Below, in pieces: positions 17,704 through 27,262 of a stretch of 32,000 nt of DNA. The stretch lies in the NCBI RefSeq assembly GCF_000195955.2, contig NC_000962.3, forward strand, positions 2,640,001 to 2,672,000, written 5' to 3'. The translations under genes were made by a program, and so were the position numbers. Each line of letters begins with the position of its first letter. Positions within the stretch are counted from its first letter, which is position 1. The DNA comes from Mycobacterium tuberculosis H37Rv. GTDB lineage: Bacteria; Actinomycetota; Actinomycetes; Mycobacteriales; Mycobacteriaceae. Below the pieces are notes generated by a model. It was given only the letters and a program-made list of their open reading frames with translations, ran no database searches and was not told the DNA's origin.

Positions 17704-20700
17704 GCTGTTATCTCCGCCAGCGCGCCCTGCCACAGTGATTGCAGCGTGGCGACGTCGTCGGCGGACAGGATGTCGGGCAGCGTGCGCCACCGCGTGGCTA
17801 GCACGGGAGCGTCGGCGGGCCCGAGGAGCGCCGCCAGCACCGTCAGTTCGTGGCGCACCGGCTGTTCGGGTTCAGGCAGTTGCCCCACATCAGCCAGTAG
17901 TGCGCGGTCGACCGCCAGATCTCCCACCCCGACGTGCAGGCTACCCAGATAGTTCAGCAGCAGCTGGGGTTCGCGGTGGGCGCGTAGTCGCTCCGCGGTA
18001 TCGGCGCGCAGGTACCGCAGCAGGCCGTAATCGATGCCGCTGCCGGGTATCCGCGCGAAGTCGGTCGCGCCGTCGCAGTGGATGCGCAGCGGATAGATCG
18101 CGCTGAGCAGCCCGACCGTGTCGCTGGTGTCGGCAGTCTTATCGACGTGGACGTCCGCGCGGCCATGCGTCTCCAACGCCAACAGCGGTGCTGGTGTTTG
18201 TTGACCGCGTTGCCGGCGCCAGGCGGTCACCATCCGCGCAGCGGCGGTAGCCAGCAGATCGGTCATCGACCGTCCCGTCGAAAGCAGCCGCGCGGTCAGA
18301 TCGGCGTCGGAGATCGACATGGTGATCGCTAGCTCACCAACCCGGTCGGTCTGCGGCGCCACCCTGCGGGCACCCAACGGCGGATCGGCGCCCTCGAGTT
18401 CGGCGACCCAGAAATCAACGCTATCCAGCGCCTTAGCCCGCTGCGCCAGCAGCCGCGACCACTGCCGGTAGCTGGTGTTCTCGCGCGCTGGGCTGGGCGC
18501 GCGCCCGGCCGCCAGCGCGTGCAGGCCGGCGTCGAGTTCACCCAGCACAATCCGCCAGGAGGCTGGGTCCATCGCCAGCACATGGGCGGTCAGCACCAGA
18601 ACACCGGGCCCGTCGGGTTCGCGCAGCCACACCGCCGAGAGCAGTCGGCCGGCCTGGGGGTCGAGACTCGCCAGCGCGCCAAGAGTCTGCTCGGCCACCG
18701 CGGTGACCAGTTCACCGCTGACCCAAACCTCGCTGAGAATGTCCGTTTTCGGTTGTGCGACAAGGGCCATCGCATCCCGGTCGAACCGGCACCGCAACAC
18801 CTCGTGTCCGTCGACGACCGCGGCCAACACGGCATCCAGGCGTTCGCGGGTGATCCGGTCGGGCAACCTGATGACCTCGGTTTGTGCCAGCCGGCGCGGG
18901 TCGCCGTACTCGTAGAGCCAATGAGTGTTGGGTAGCACCGGGATCGGCTCGCCGGCATCGTTGGCCGGTGCCTGCCATGCGGCATCGGAGTCAATGGCCG
19001 CCGCGAGTTCACGGATGGTGTCGCACTCCACCATCAGCCTGGCCCGCAACGCAATCCCACGACGGCGCGCGGCCTGCACCACCGACAGCGCCACGATGCT
19101 GTCTAGACCCATCTGCAAAAAGCCCGCGGTGACATCGACGTTCGAGGTTTCCATGACATCGGCGAACGCCTCGGCCAGCACCAGCTCGGTCGGTGTCTGC
19201 GGCGGAGTTGCCGGTCCTTCGGTGACATTGATTGCCGCCAAAGCGTTTTCGTCGATCTTGCCGTGTGGAGTCAGCGGTAACTCGTCGAGGACGACGATAT
19301 GGTGCGGGACTAGATAACGCGGCAACCGCTCTAGCAGCATCGCCCGCAATTCGGCCACCGGTGGCGGTTGTGGTCCGCCTGCCACATACGCCGTCAGCCG
19401 GGGGCCACTGGCATGGCCGCGGGCCGTCACATGGCAACCGTGCACCGCATGGTGGCCGTTGAGCACCGCGGCAATCTCACCCGGCTCGACGCGGAAACCG
19501 CGGATCTTCACCTGGTCATCGCTGCGCCCGAGGAACTCCAGTCCACCGTCGGGCAGGCGGCGCACCACATCTCCGGTGCGGTACATTCGGCTACCGCGCC
19601 CGTTTGGCTCAGCGACAAAGCGCGCCGCAGTCTCGGCCGGGCGGCCGAGGTAACCGCGGGTCAACTGGGCGCCCGCCAGATACAGCTCGCCGGCGACGCC
19701 ATCGGGCACCGGCCGCAGCCAGGAGTCCATGACGTAGGCGCGGGTGGTGCAGGTCGGACGTCCGATGACCGGTCGCGCATGCTCAGCAACGGCGGCGACC
19801 ACGGCTTCGACCGTGGTCTCGGTAGGCCCGTAGCAGTTGAAGGCCGTCATGGCCGTGCGCGCGCAGTTCTGCTGGATCATCCGCCACGTCGCGGCGCCCA
19901 AGGCTTCGCCGCCGAGCGCAAGCACCGCCAACGGCGCCCGGTCGAGCAGTCCAGCGTTGTGCAGCTGGGCGAACATCGACGGCGTGGTGTCAATCATGTC
20001 CAGACCGAATCGGTCGATCGCTTCGACCAGCGCCCCTGCGTCCCGCTGACGATGGTCGTCGACAATGTGCACCGCGTGGCCGTCAAGCAGTGCGACCAAC
20101 GGCTGCCACGCCGCGTCGAAGGTGAACGACCAGGCATGCGCGATTCGCAGCGGGCGCCCGAGCCGCTGGGCCGCCGGCCGCAACACGCGCTCGATGTGGT
20201 CGTCGGCGTAGGCCGACAGCGCCCGATGGGTGCCGATGACACCTTTCGGGGTACCGGTGGTGCCGGAGGTGAAAATCACGTAGGCCGCCTGGTCCACCGG
20301 CACCGTGATGGCACGGTCCTCCTCGAGTATGTCAGCGCCAACCGAAGCGGCGAACACGCCCTCATCGATGACCACCGGAGCCGATGTCTGGCGCAAGATC
20401 TCGGCGACACGCTCACCGGGCATCGCCGGGTCCAGCGGCACGATCATGCCACCCGCCTTGAGGACCGCCAGCATGGCGGCCACGTAGCGCGGACCACGGG
20501 ACAGCGCGACGGCCACCGGGGTCTCGCGACTCACGTCCGCGCGGCGCAGCCCAGTGGCCAGCCGGTCGGCCAATGCATCCAGCTCCCGGTACGTCAGCTG
20601 ACCATCCGCCCAACTGACCGCCACCGAGTCAGGCTGTGCCGCAGCGATTTCGGCGAACCGGGTATGCACCGCGGGTGCCGACGTCGTCACATCCGGCAGG

Positions 20701-22085
20701 CCGGGTGCGGTCGGATCGTGCTCGCCGTCCAGCAGAATGTCGACGTCGCGCAGCGGCCGATCCCACCGGCTGACCAAGCGCTGTAACACAGCCAGCACCC
20801 GCCTGCCGAGGCTTTCGGGCGCCATCGTGCCCAGCGCACCGTCGAGCACCTCCACTAGCAGCGTGAGCTCACCGGTGCTGCGGTGCGCGGCGACGGTCAC
20901 CGGAAAGTGCGACAAACTCTCTAGCGCCACCGGACGGAACGTCACCCCGTTTGCGACGAACTCCGCGGTGCCCACCACCTCGCCGGGCGGGAAGTTCTCA
21001 TACACCAGTAGGGTGTCGAACATCTCACCGATACCGGCGATGGCACGAAACTCGTTGAAACCGAGATAGCTGTGGTCGCGCAACATGGCGAATTGACGTT
21101 GTAGGACAGCGCATTGCCCGCCGACGGTAGCGCGGGCGTCCAGGCGGACCCGCAGTGGCACCGTATTGATGAACAGGCCGATCATCGTTTCCACGCCGGA
21201 CAGTTCGCTGGGCCTGCCGGACACCGTCACACCGAACGTCACATCGCCACGACCGGTGAATGCTGAAAGCGTGGTAGCCCAAGCCATTTGAACAAGTGTG
21301 CTGATCGTGACGCCACGGGTGCGGGCGGCATCGGCCAGCTCCGCGGTGGCTTCACGGTCAAGGCGCACTTCGGTGCGTCCCGGAATACCCGGCTGCACAG
21401 GAGTGTCGGCGAGTGCCGGCGATAACAGAGTCGGGCCGTCCAGGCCATTGAGGTGGTCCGCCCACATTGCGCGGCTAGCCGTCTGATCGCGGCCGGCCAG
21501 CCAGCCGATGTAGTCGCGATACGGCCGCGGCGCTGCCGGCAACGCGGCGACGTGACCACCAGCCCGATACAAGGCGAGCAGCTCGGAGACGAACAGCGGC
21601 AACGACCATCCGTCGATGACGATGTGGTGCGCGACGATGACCAGATGCCAACATTCGTCCGGTAGTTCGATGAGCAGGAACCGGATGAGTGGTCCGCGGC
21701 CGACGTCGAAGCGGCGCCGGCGCTCTTCGGCTGCCAGCGCCCCGACCTCACTGGGGTGGGCGCGCACGTGACGCCAAAGCACCTCGGCACTGGATGGTAT
21801 TACCTGCACGGGCCGGCTCAGGTTCCCGTGTAGGAAGCTCGCCCGCAGGTTGGGGTGCCGGGTCAGCATCGCGGCAGCGCAGTCGCGAAGCAAGGCGATG
21901 TCGAGCGGGCCGGCCGCGTCGGCCGCCATCGCGATCACATACGGGTCGGCCTCTGCGGCCTCAGAGCCGGACTCCGCGGCGACCAGTGTCGCCCTAGAAA
22001 ACAGTCCCTGTTGCAATGGGCTGAGCGCCATCACATCGTCGATGGCGCCCCGCGCGTCGGCTCGCGTCACGGCCACTGGTCCCAT
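17700..22085 (-). CDS. mbtF: mycobactin NRPS MbtF: C-A-T plus an epimerase-type terminal domain
   Basis: 1461 aa. C3 is HHIVIDGWS (21603-21629). A3 is [12 protein letters not shown] (20238-20273), A5 is [10 protein letters not shown]7 is YRTGDV, A8 is [19 protein letters not shown] and A10 is HGKID. The carrier domain is [11 protein letters not shown] (Ser codon 19098-19100). The terminal domain carries E-type motifs. Confidence 0.97.
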   Translation of the reverse strand: MGPVAVTRADARGAIDDVMALSPLQQGLFSRATLVAAESGSEAAEADPYVIAMAADAAGPLDIALLRDCAAAMLTRHPNLRASFLHGNLSRPVQVIPSSAEVLWRHVRAHPSEVGALAAEERRRRFDVGRGPLIRFLLIELPDECWHLVIVAHHIVIDGWSLPLFVSELLALYRAGGHVAALPAAPRPYRDYIGWLAGRDQTASRAMWADHLNGLDGPTLLSPALADTPVQPGIPGRTEVRLDREATAELADAARTRGVTISTLVQMAWATTLSAFTGRGDVTFGVTVSGRPSELSGVETMIGLFINTVPLRVRLDARATVGGQCAVLQRQFAMLRDHSYLGFNEFRAIAGIGEMFDTLLVYENFPPGEVVGTAEFVANGVTFRPVALESLSHFPVTVAAHRSTGELTLLVEVLDGALGTMAPESLGRRVLAVLQRLVSRWDRPLRDVDILLDGEHDPTAPGLPDVTTSAPAVHTRFAEIAAAQPDSVAVSWADGQLTYRELDALADRLATGLRRADVSRETPVAVALSRGPRYVAAMLAVLKAGGMIVPLDPAMPGERVAEILRQTSAPVVIDEGVFAASVGADILEEDRAITVPVDQAAYVIFTSGTTGTPKGVIGTHRALSAYADDHIERVLRPAAQRLGRPLRIAHAWSFTFDAAWQPLVALLDGHAVHIVDDHRQRDAGALVEAIDRFGLDMIDTTPSMFAQLHNAGLLDRAPLAVLALGGEALGAATWRMIQQNCARTAMTAFNCYGPTETTVEAVVAAVAEHARPVIGRPTCTTRAYVMDSWLRPVPDGVAGELYLAGAQLTRGYLGRPAETAARFVAEPNGRGSRMYRTGDVVRRLPDGGLEFLGRSDDQVKIRGFRVEPGEIAAVLNGHHAVHGCHVTARGHASGPRLTAYVAGGPQPPPVAELRAMLLERLPRYLVPHHIVVLDELPLTPHGKIDENALAAINVTEGPATPPQTPTELVLAEAFADVMETSNVDVTAGFLQMGLDSIVALSVVQAARRRGIALRARLMVECDTIRELAAAIDSDAAWQAPANDAGEPIPVLPNTHWLYEYGDPRRLAQTEVIRLPDRITRERLDAVLAAVVDGHEVLRCRFDRDAMALVAQPKTDILSEVWVSGELVTAVAEQTLGALASLDPQAGRLLSAVWLREPDGPGVLVLTAHVLAMDPASWRIVLGELDAGLHALAAGRAPSPARENTSYRQWSRLLAQRAKALDSVDFWVAELEGADPPLGARRVAPQTDRVGELAITMSISDADLTARLLSTGRSMTDLLATAAARMVTAWRRQRGQQTPAPLLALETHGRADVHVDKTADTSDTVGLLSAIYPLRIHCDGATDFARIPGSGIDYGLLRYLRADTAERLRAHREPQLLLNYLGSLHVGVGDLAVDRALLADVGQLPEPEQPVRHELTVLAALLGPADAPVLATRWRTLPDILSADDVATLQSLWQGALAEITA
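17703..18950 (-). other. MbtF C-terminal epimerization-type domain with variant active-site motif
   Basis: E-domain core motifs occur in order: [11 protein letters not shown] (18555-18587; canonical HHxxxDxxSW), [38 protein letters not shown] and LNYLGS. Confidence 0.8.
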
Positions 22086-25000
22086 GACGCGGTCAGGGCC
22101 GACAGTTCGTCTGGGGAAAGCCCTGATGTGCTCATCGGCGCGTGATGCTTGTCGTCCGGCTCGGCCTCGACGTGAGGCTTGGCGTCGACCGCGGCGGCGA
22201 GCTCACACAAAACGGGATGCTCGAAAACCATCCGCGCGGTCAGCGGTATCCCGCCATCTCGAGCCCGGGCAGCCACCTGAGTCGCGAGGATGCTGTCGCC
22301 GCCGAGGTTGAAGAAGTCGTCGTAGCGTCCGACCTCCCCCACCTCGAGCACGTCGGCGAGGATGGCAGCCAGCGCGCGCTCGGTTTCGGTGTCGGCGGGC
22401 TCGGCCGGCACCGGTGCCGCCTGCGCCGTTGGCAGCCGTTCGATTTCGGCCAGCAGCTCCAGTTGGCCGTCGGCCTTCCACACTCCGCGCTCGCCGTTGC
22501 GGTAGAGCCGAGAACCCGGTTGCGCGGCGAACGGATCGGCAACGAATCGGGTCGCGGTCTCCGATGGCCGGGCCAACCGGGCACCGACGGCGGGACCGCC
22601 ACCGTAATAAACGTCACCCACCACGCCTACCGGAACGGGCTTAAGTGCGTCGTCAAGCAGGTACACCCGGGCCGTTCCGGCGCCCGCATTGGACCGGTCC
22701 AAAATGCGCCGTCTGGCTTGCGCGCTGACCATCTCGACCTCGCGCAGCGGTTGGTCCGGACGGTCGGCGAACGCCTCGACGACACGGACTAGCCAGTCGG
22801 CGAAGCGTTGTGCGGTGGCGCGCTCATACAACTCGGTGCGGTAGATGACGTGGCCGCGGTACTCGTCGCCGCAGGCGAAGAAGTTGACCGATAGATCGGC
22901 TTGCGCGGCATCGAATGTCGGCTCCAGCACGCGCAACGTGGTGTCACCGTCGGGCCCGGTGTCGATGACGTGGTCTTGCGGCATTTGTTCGCGAACGTGC
23001 ACAACAATGTCGAACAACGGATTGCGGGACAGCGACCGCTGGGGGTTGACCGCCTCCACCACCTGGTCGAACGGCAGGTCCTGATGTGCATACGCTGCCA
23101 GCGCCATCTGCCTGGTGCGCTGCAGCACCTCGCGCAGCGTGGGGTTCCCGCGCAGGTCGTTGCGCAACACCACGATGTTGATGAAGAACCCGATGAGCTG
23201 GTCCAGGTTGGCCTCGCTGCGACCGGCCACCGGGGCGCCGATGGGGACGTCTACCCCGCCGCCGGCCTTGTGTAACACCACCGCGACGGCGGCCTGTAGC
23301 AGCATGAACTCGGTGACACCGAGGTCTCGGCTCACGGCAGCCAATTTGTCGCGGATCGCGGCGCCGAGACGAAATTCGACCGCGTCACCGGCACCGCTGA
23401 GCAGGGCCGGGCGCGGGAAGTCCGGGCGCAGACCGGTTTCGCCTGCCAGGCCCCCCAGCTGGCGGATCCAGTAGTCGCGTTGCGGACCGACGATGCCCGC
23501 ACCGTCGTCGAGTAGCGCCGACTGCCACACGCTGTAGTCGGCGTACTGCACCGGCAGCGGTGCCCACGACGGCCGTTGTCCGGTGCTGCGGGCCCGGTAT
23601 GCGGTCAGCAGATCGGTGAACAACACCCCAGCCGACCAGTGGTCGCCGGCGATGTGATGCACCACCAGCGACAACACGGTCTGCTCCGGCGTGCTCAGCA
23701 GCGCCGCCCGGATCGGCCAGTCGGTTTCCAGGTCGAAAACGTAACCTCGCTCGTTGTTCAGTTCGGCTCGCAGCCACGCGGCGTCGGACCCGGCGGCGCA
23801 CCGCACCGGCACCTCGGCGGGCGGCTGGATGATCTGGTGTGGCACGCCGCCGATCTCGCGGTAGACGGTGCGCAGGATCTCGTGGCGTGCCACCACATCG
23901 GTGATGGCCGCCGCGAACGCGTTGGTGTCGCAGGGCCCATGCAATGCCGCGGCGAAGGGAATGTTGTTGACGGCGTTGGGCCCGTCGAAGCGATAGTTGA
24001 ACCAGCTACGCATTTGAGACGACGACAATCGCACTGGCCCGTCATGATCCACCCGGGTCAGCCGCGGCCTCGCCGAATCCGAATCCAACGTATCGATGTG
24101 TCCGGCCAACGCGGTCACCGTGGCGAATTCGAAGATCTCCCGCACACCGACATCGACGCCGAACGCGTTGCGCACGGCCGCAACGAGTTTGGTTGCCAGC
24201 AGCGAGTGACCGCCGAGGTCGAAGAACGAGTCGTCAGCACCCACTCGGTCGCGGCCGAGCAGCTCACCGAACAGTTGGGCAAGGCGCCGCTCGGTGGCGG
24301 TCTGCGGCGCGCGGAACTCGGTGTCCGACGCGATCTGCGGTTCCGGCAGCGCGGCGCGGTCGATTTTGCCATGCGCGGTGATCGGAATCTCATCCAGCAC
24401 AACATAGGCCGCGGGCAGCATATATTCAGGCAGTGCCGCGGCCACCCGGGCGCGGATGCGGTCGAGATCGACGCCGACATCGGCGGGTCCGTCGCCGCCC
24501 GCGGCGGGTGTCACGTAGCCCACCAGACTCTTGCCCAGCCGCGGCAGGTCGCTAACCACCACAACGGCCTGCCCGACCGTAGGGTCGACCGCGATGGCCG
24601 CTGCTACGTCACCGAGTTCGATTCGGAATCCGCGAATCTTGACCTGCTCGTCGGCACGGCCCACGAACTCGATGTCACCGTCAGCATTGCGGCGCGCCAG
24701 ATCCCCGGACCGGTACATGCGGGAACCGGGATTAAACGGGTCGGCAACGAATCGCTCCGCGGTCAGCCCGGCGCGGCGATGGTATCCGTATGCGACATGC
24801 GTCCCTCCAATATAGATCTCGCCGATCACACCGGTCGGCACCGGCTGCAACGAATCGTCGAGCAGGTGCATGGTGGTGTTGATCTTGGGCCGGCCGATGG
24901 GCACGATGCGGGTGCCCTGTGGGCCCACCACTTTAAACCGGCTGGCGTTGATCACGGTTTCGGTTGGACCGTAGAAGTTGTGCAGCAGCGCATCGAATGT

Positions 25001-27262
25001 CGCGTGGAACTTGTCGGCCACCTCACCGGGTAGCGGCTCCCCGCCGATGGGTACCCGCTGCAACGTCCGCCACTGGCTCACACCCGGCAGCGACAGGAAC
25101 AGCCCGAGTAGGGACGGCACGAAATGCATTGCCGTGATGCCCTCGTCGCGCAACAGGGCGGTGAGATATCCAATGTCGGTGAGTCCCCCGGGGCGTGGTA
25201 TCACCATCCGCGCGCCACAGGCCAGCGTGCCGAAGATCTCGGCGATCGAGACGTCGAAGCTGGGTGAGGCGACCTGCAGTAGCCGGTCGGTGTCGTCGAC
25301 GTCGTATTCGCCCTTGAACCAGACGAAGTACTCGGCGACGGGGCGGTGTGGCACCGCGACACCTTTGGGCAATCCGGTGGTACCGGACGTGTAGATGAGA
25401 TAGGCCGTGTTGTCTGGCCGTAGCGGCCGGATTCGATCGGCGTCGGTGGGGTCGTCGCTGCGGTATCCGGCCAGCTCACGTACTGGCGTGCGCAGCACCA
25501 GTTTCGCGTCGCAGTCGGCGAGGATGAAATCCAGCCGGTCTTGCGGGTAGCTGGGATCCACGGGCACATACACCGCCCCGGACTTGACCACCCCCAAGGC
25601 CGTGACGATCAGGTCCGGCGATTTGTCAAGAAGTACCGCGACCCGGTCTTCGCTGCCTATCCCCTGCTCGATCAGCCAGTGCCCCAACCGGTTCGACGCC
25701 TCATTGAGGTCGTGGTAGGTGAAGTGTTGGCCCTCATACACCACGGCGGTGGCGTCGGGAGTCCGCGTGGTCTGCTCGTTCACCAGGTCCACGAGGGTTT
25801 TGACAGGGGTATCGAACCGCTCGCCGCGCGACACCTCGCGCAGCCTGGCGGCGTCGCGCTCATCCATCAGCGCCAGCCCCGACAACGTGTTGTCGGGGGC
25901 GGCCAGCGCATTGTCGAGCAGCACACCGAAGTGTCGAAGCATCTGCTTGGCCAGGGCGGGTTCCAGGATCTCCACCAGGTGTTCGGCCTCGACCAGCACA
26001 CCCGCGCGGTCGAATTCGACCATGAAGCCCAACGGCAGCTGCGTGATGTTGCTGCGCAGGTCGTAGCGCTCGCACTCGATGCCTGGCGGGTTGAATCCGC
26101 CGCCGTCGGGCTCCCGGAAACCGAAGCTGACCCGGGTCATGCGCTCGGCACCGTGCCGGCGATCGGGGTTCAGTTCCCTTACCACGCGGTCGAGGTTGAT
26201 CCGTTGGTGTGCGAACGCCCCGCTGGCGATGTCGCGGGTGGCGGTCAGCAACTCCCGGAAACTCATCGCCGATTGCGGTCGCAGCCGCATCGCTACCGTG
26301 TTGCCGAAATAGCCGATGGCATCTTCGGTTCCGGCGCCACGGTTGAGCACCGGAGCCGCCACGAGGAAGTCGTCACTGTGGGTGTAGCGATGCACCAGGG
26401 CACCGAACGCGGCCAGCAGCACCATGTAGGGAGTGCAACCGGTGTTCTTCGCCATCGTGGCCACCCGCGCAGCGGTGTCGGCGGGCAGCCGCAACGTGGC
26501 GCGCGCGGCACGCCAACTGGTCGGCACACACGTTCCGGCTGGGCCGGGAAGTTCCAGCGGCTCTGGCGGATCGGCCATGATCGCGCGCCAATAGTTGAGG
26601 TCGGCCTCGGTAGTGTCGGGTCCGGATGCGGCCGACGGACGGTGTTCTGGCCCCAGATCGGCCCCTAGGTCAGCTCGCGAGTACGCCTGGGTGAGATCGG
26701 TGAAGAACACCCGCCACGAACCATCATCCCAGGCGATGTGGTGGGCCACCAACAGCAGCACGTGTTCGTCGGCAGCCGTGCGCACCACCGTGATTCGCAA
26801 TGGCGCGTCGCGGGAAAGCTCGAAGGGAGCGCAGAATTCGCGCTGAGCCAACACCTCCAGGCGCAGCCGCTGGGCGCGTTGGGACAGGTCCGTCAGGTCG
26901 TATTGTGTCCAGCCGGGGCGAAGATCCGCGTGCACGGTCGGCTGGGCGACTCCGTCGTCGCCGACAGGGTAGGTGGTACGCAGTATCCGATGGCGACGGG
27001 CGACGGCGTTGACTGCGTCGCGCAACCTGGCCAGATCGATGTCACCGGTGATGCGGTAGGACACACAGATGTTGAGTAACGCACCGCTGGGGTCGGCCAT
27101 CTGCACGAACCACATCCGGGCCTGGCCGTCGGAGAGCCGATCGTCAGTGTGCGGGCCAATGTCCTGCGCAGCCGAGGACAGGCCGCGGTCGGCGAGCCTG
27201 CGACGCAGCAGCTCCAATCGGGCCTCGTCGAGGCGGGCGCCGATGTCGGCGGTATTAGTCAC
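22067..27262 (-). CDS. mbtE: mycobactin NRPS MbtE: C-A-T-C-(A relic)-T
   Basis: The track ORF is open to 27430, which is inside mbtD. I place the start at GTG 27262 ([28 protein letters not shown]...), overlapping the mbtD stop by 8 nt. C3 is [10 protein letters not shown] (26714-26743) and A3 is [12 protein letters not shown] (25358-25393). T1 is [10 protein letters not shown] (Ser 24203-24205). A second C3 is HHIAGDHWS (23633-23659). T2 is [10 protein letters not shown] (Ser 22292-22294). Confidence 0.95.
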   Translation of the reverse strand: MTNTADIGARLDEARLELLRRRLADRGLSSAAQDIGPHTDDRLSDGQARMWFVQMADPSGALLNICVSYRITGDIDLARLRDAVNAVARRHRILRTTYPVGDDGVAQPTVHADLRPGWTQYDLTDLSQRAQRLRLEVLAQREFCAPFELSRDAPLRITVVRTAADEHVLLLVAHHIAWDDGSWRVFFTDLTQAYSRADLGADLGPEHRPSAASGPDTTEADLNYWRAIMADPPEPLELPGPAGTCVPTSWRAARATLRLPADTAARVATMAKNTGCTPYMVLLAAFGALVHRYTHSDDFLVAAPVLNRGAGTEDAIGYFGNTVAMRLRPQSAMSFRELLTATRDIASGAFAHQRINLDRVVRELNPDRRHGAERMTRVSFGFREPDGGGFNPPGIECERYDLRSNITQLPLGFMVEFDRAGVLVEAEHLVEILEPALAKQMLRHFGVLLDNALAAPDNTLSGLALMDERDAARLREVSRGERFDTPVKTLVDLVNEQTTRTPDATAVVYEGQHFTYHDLNEASNRLGHWLIEQGIGSEDRVAVLLDKSPDLIVTALGVVKSGAVYVPVDPSYPQDRLDFILADCDAKLVLRTPVRELAGYRSDDPTDADRIRPLRPDNTAYLIYTSGTTGLPKGVAVPHRPVAEYFVWFKGEYDVDDTDRLLQVASPSFDVSIAEIFGTLACGARMVIPRPGGLTDIGYLTALLRDEGITAMHFVPSLLGLFLSLPGVSQWRTLQRVPIGGEPLPGEVADKFHATFDALLHNFYGPTETVINASRFKVVGPQGTRIVPIGRPKINTTMHLLDDSLQPVPTGVIGEIYIGGTHVAYGYHRRAGLTAERFVADPFNPGSRMYRSGDLARRNADGDIEFVGRADEQVKIRGFRIELGDVAAAIAVDPTVGQAVVVVSDLPRLGKSLVGYVTPAAGGDGPADVGVDLDRIRARVAAALPEYMLPAAYVVLDEIPITAHGKIDRAALPEPQIASDTEFRAPQTATERRLAQLFGELLGRDRVGADDSFFDLGGHSLLATKLVAAVRNAFGVDVGVREIFEFATVTALAGHIDTLDSDSARPRLTRVDHDGPVRLSSSQMRSWFNYRFDGPNAVNNIPFAAALHGPCDTNAFAAAITDVVARHEILRTVYREIGGVPHQIIQPPAEVPVRCAAGSDAAWLRAELNNERGYVFDLETDWPIRAALLSTPEQTVLSLVVHHIAGDHWSAGVLFTDLLTAYRARSTGQRPSWAPLPVQYADYSVWQSALLDDGAGIVGPQRDYWIRQLGGLAGETGLRPDFPRPALLSGAGDAVEFRLGAAIRDKLAAVSRDLGVTEFMLLQAAVAVVLHKAGGGVDVPIGAPVAGRSEANLDQLIGFFINIVVLRNDLRGNPTLREVLQRTRQMALAAYAHQDLPFDQVVEAVNPQRSLSRNPLFDIVVHVREQMPQDHVIDTGPDGDTTLRVLEPTFDAAQADLSVNFFACGDEYRGHVIYRTELYERATAQRFADWLVRVVEAFADRPDQPLREVEMVSAQARRRILDRSNAGAGTARVYLLDDALKPVPVGVVGDVYYGGGPAVGARLARPSETATRFVADPFAAQPGSRLYRNGERGVWKADGQLELLAEIERLPTAQAAPVPAEPADTETERALAAILADVLEVGEVGRYDDFFNLGGDSILATQVAARARDGGIPLTARMVFEHPVLCELAAAVDAKPHVEAEPDDKHHAPMSTSGLSPDELSALTASWDQWP
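22184..22390 (-). other. second carrier (T/PCP) domain of MbtE
   Basis: [68 protein letters not shown]. The phosphopantetheine-site Ser codon is at 22292-22294. Confidence 0.85.
22433..22744 (-). other. vestigial adenylation-domain relic in MbtE
   Basis: The 104 aa are [72 protein letters not shown]...[27 protein letters not shown]. Only the pre-A1 linker and the A6-like and A7-like stretches are recognisable. There are no A1-A5 or A8-A10 motifs. Confidence 0.75.
22745..24037 (-). other. second condensation domain of MbtE
   Basis: All C-domain core motifs occur in order: [59 protein letters not shown] and RNPLFD. Confidence 0.85.

Noticed and set aside
19368-20786. Long plus-strand ORFs antisense to the NRPS genes: 19368-20786 (472 aa), 23576-25033 (485 aa), 25541-26668 (375 aa) and 22142-22792 (216 aa).
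   Set aside because: All lie opposite genes with unambiguous NRPS motifs. Their translations are Arg/Gly/Pro/His-rich with no recognisable motif. This is the usual stop-codon-poor antisense frame of high-GC DNA.
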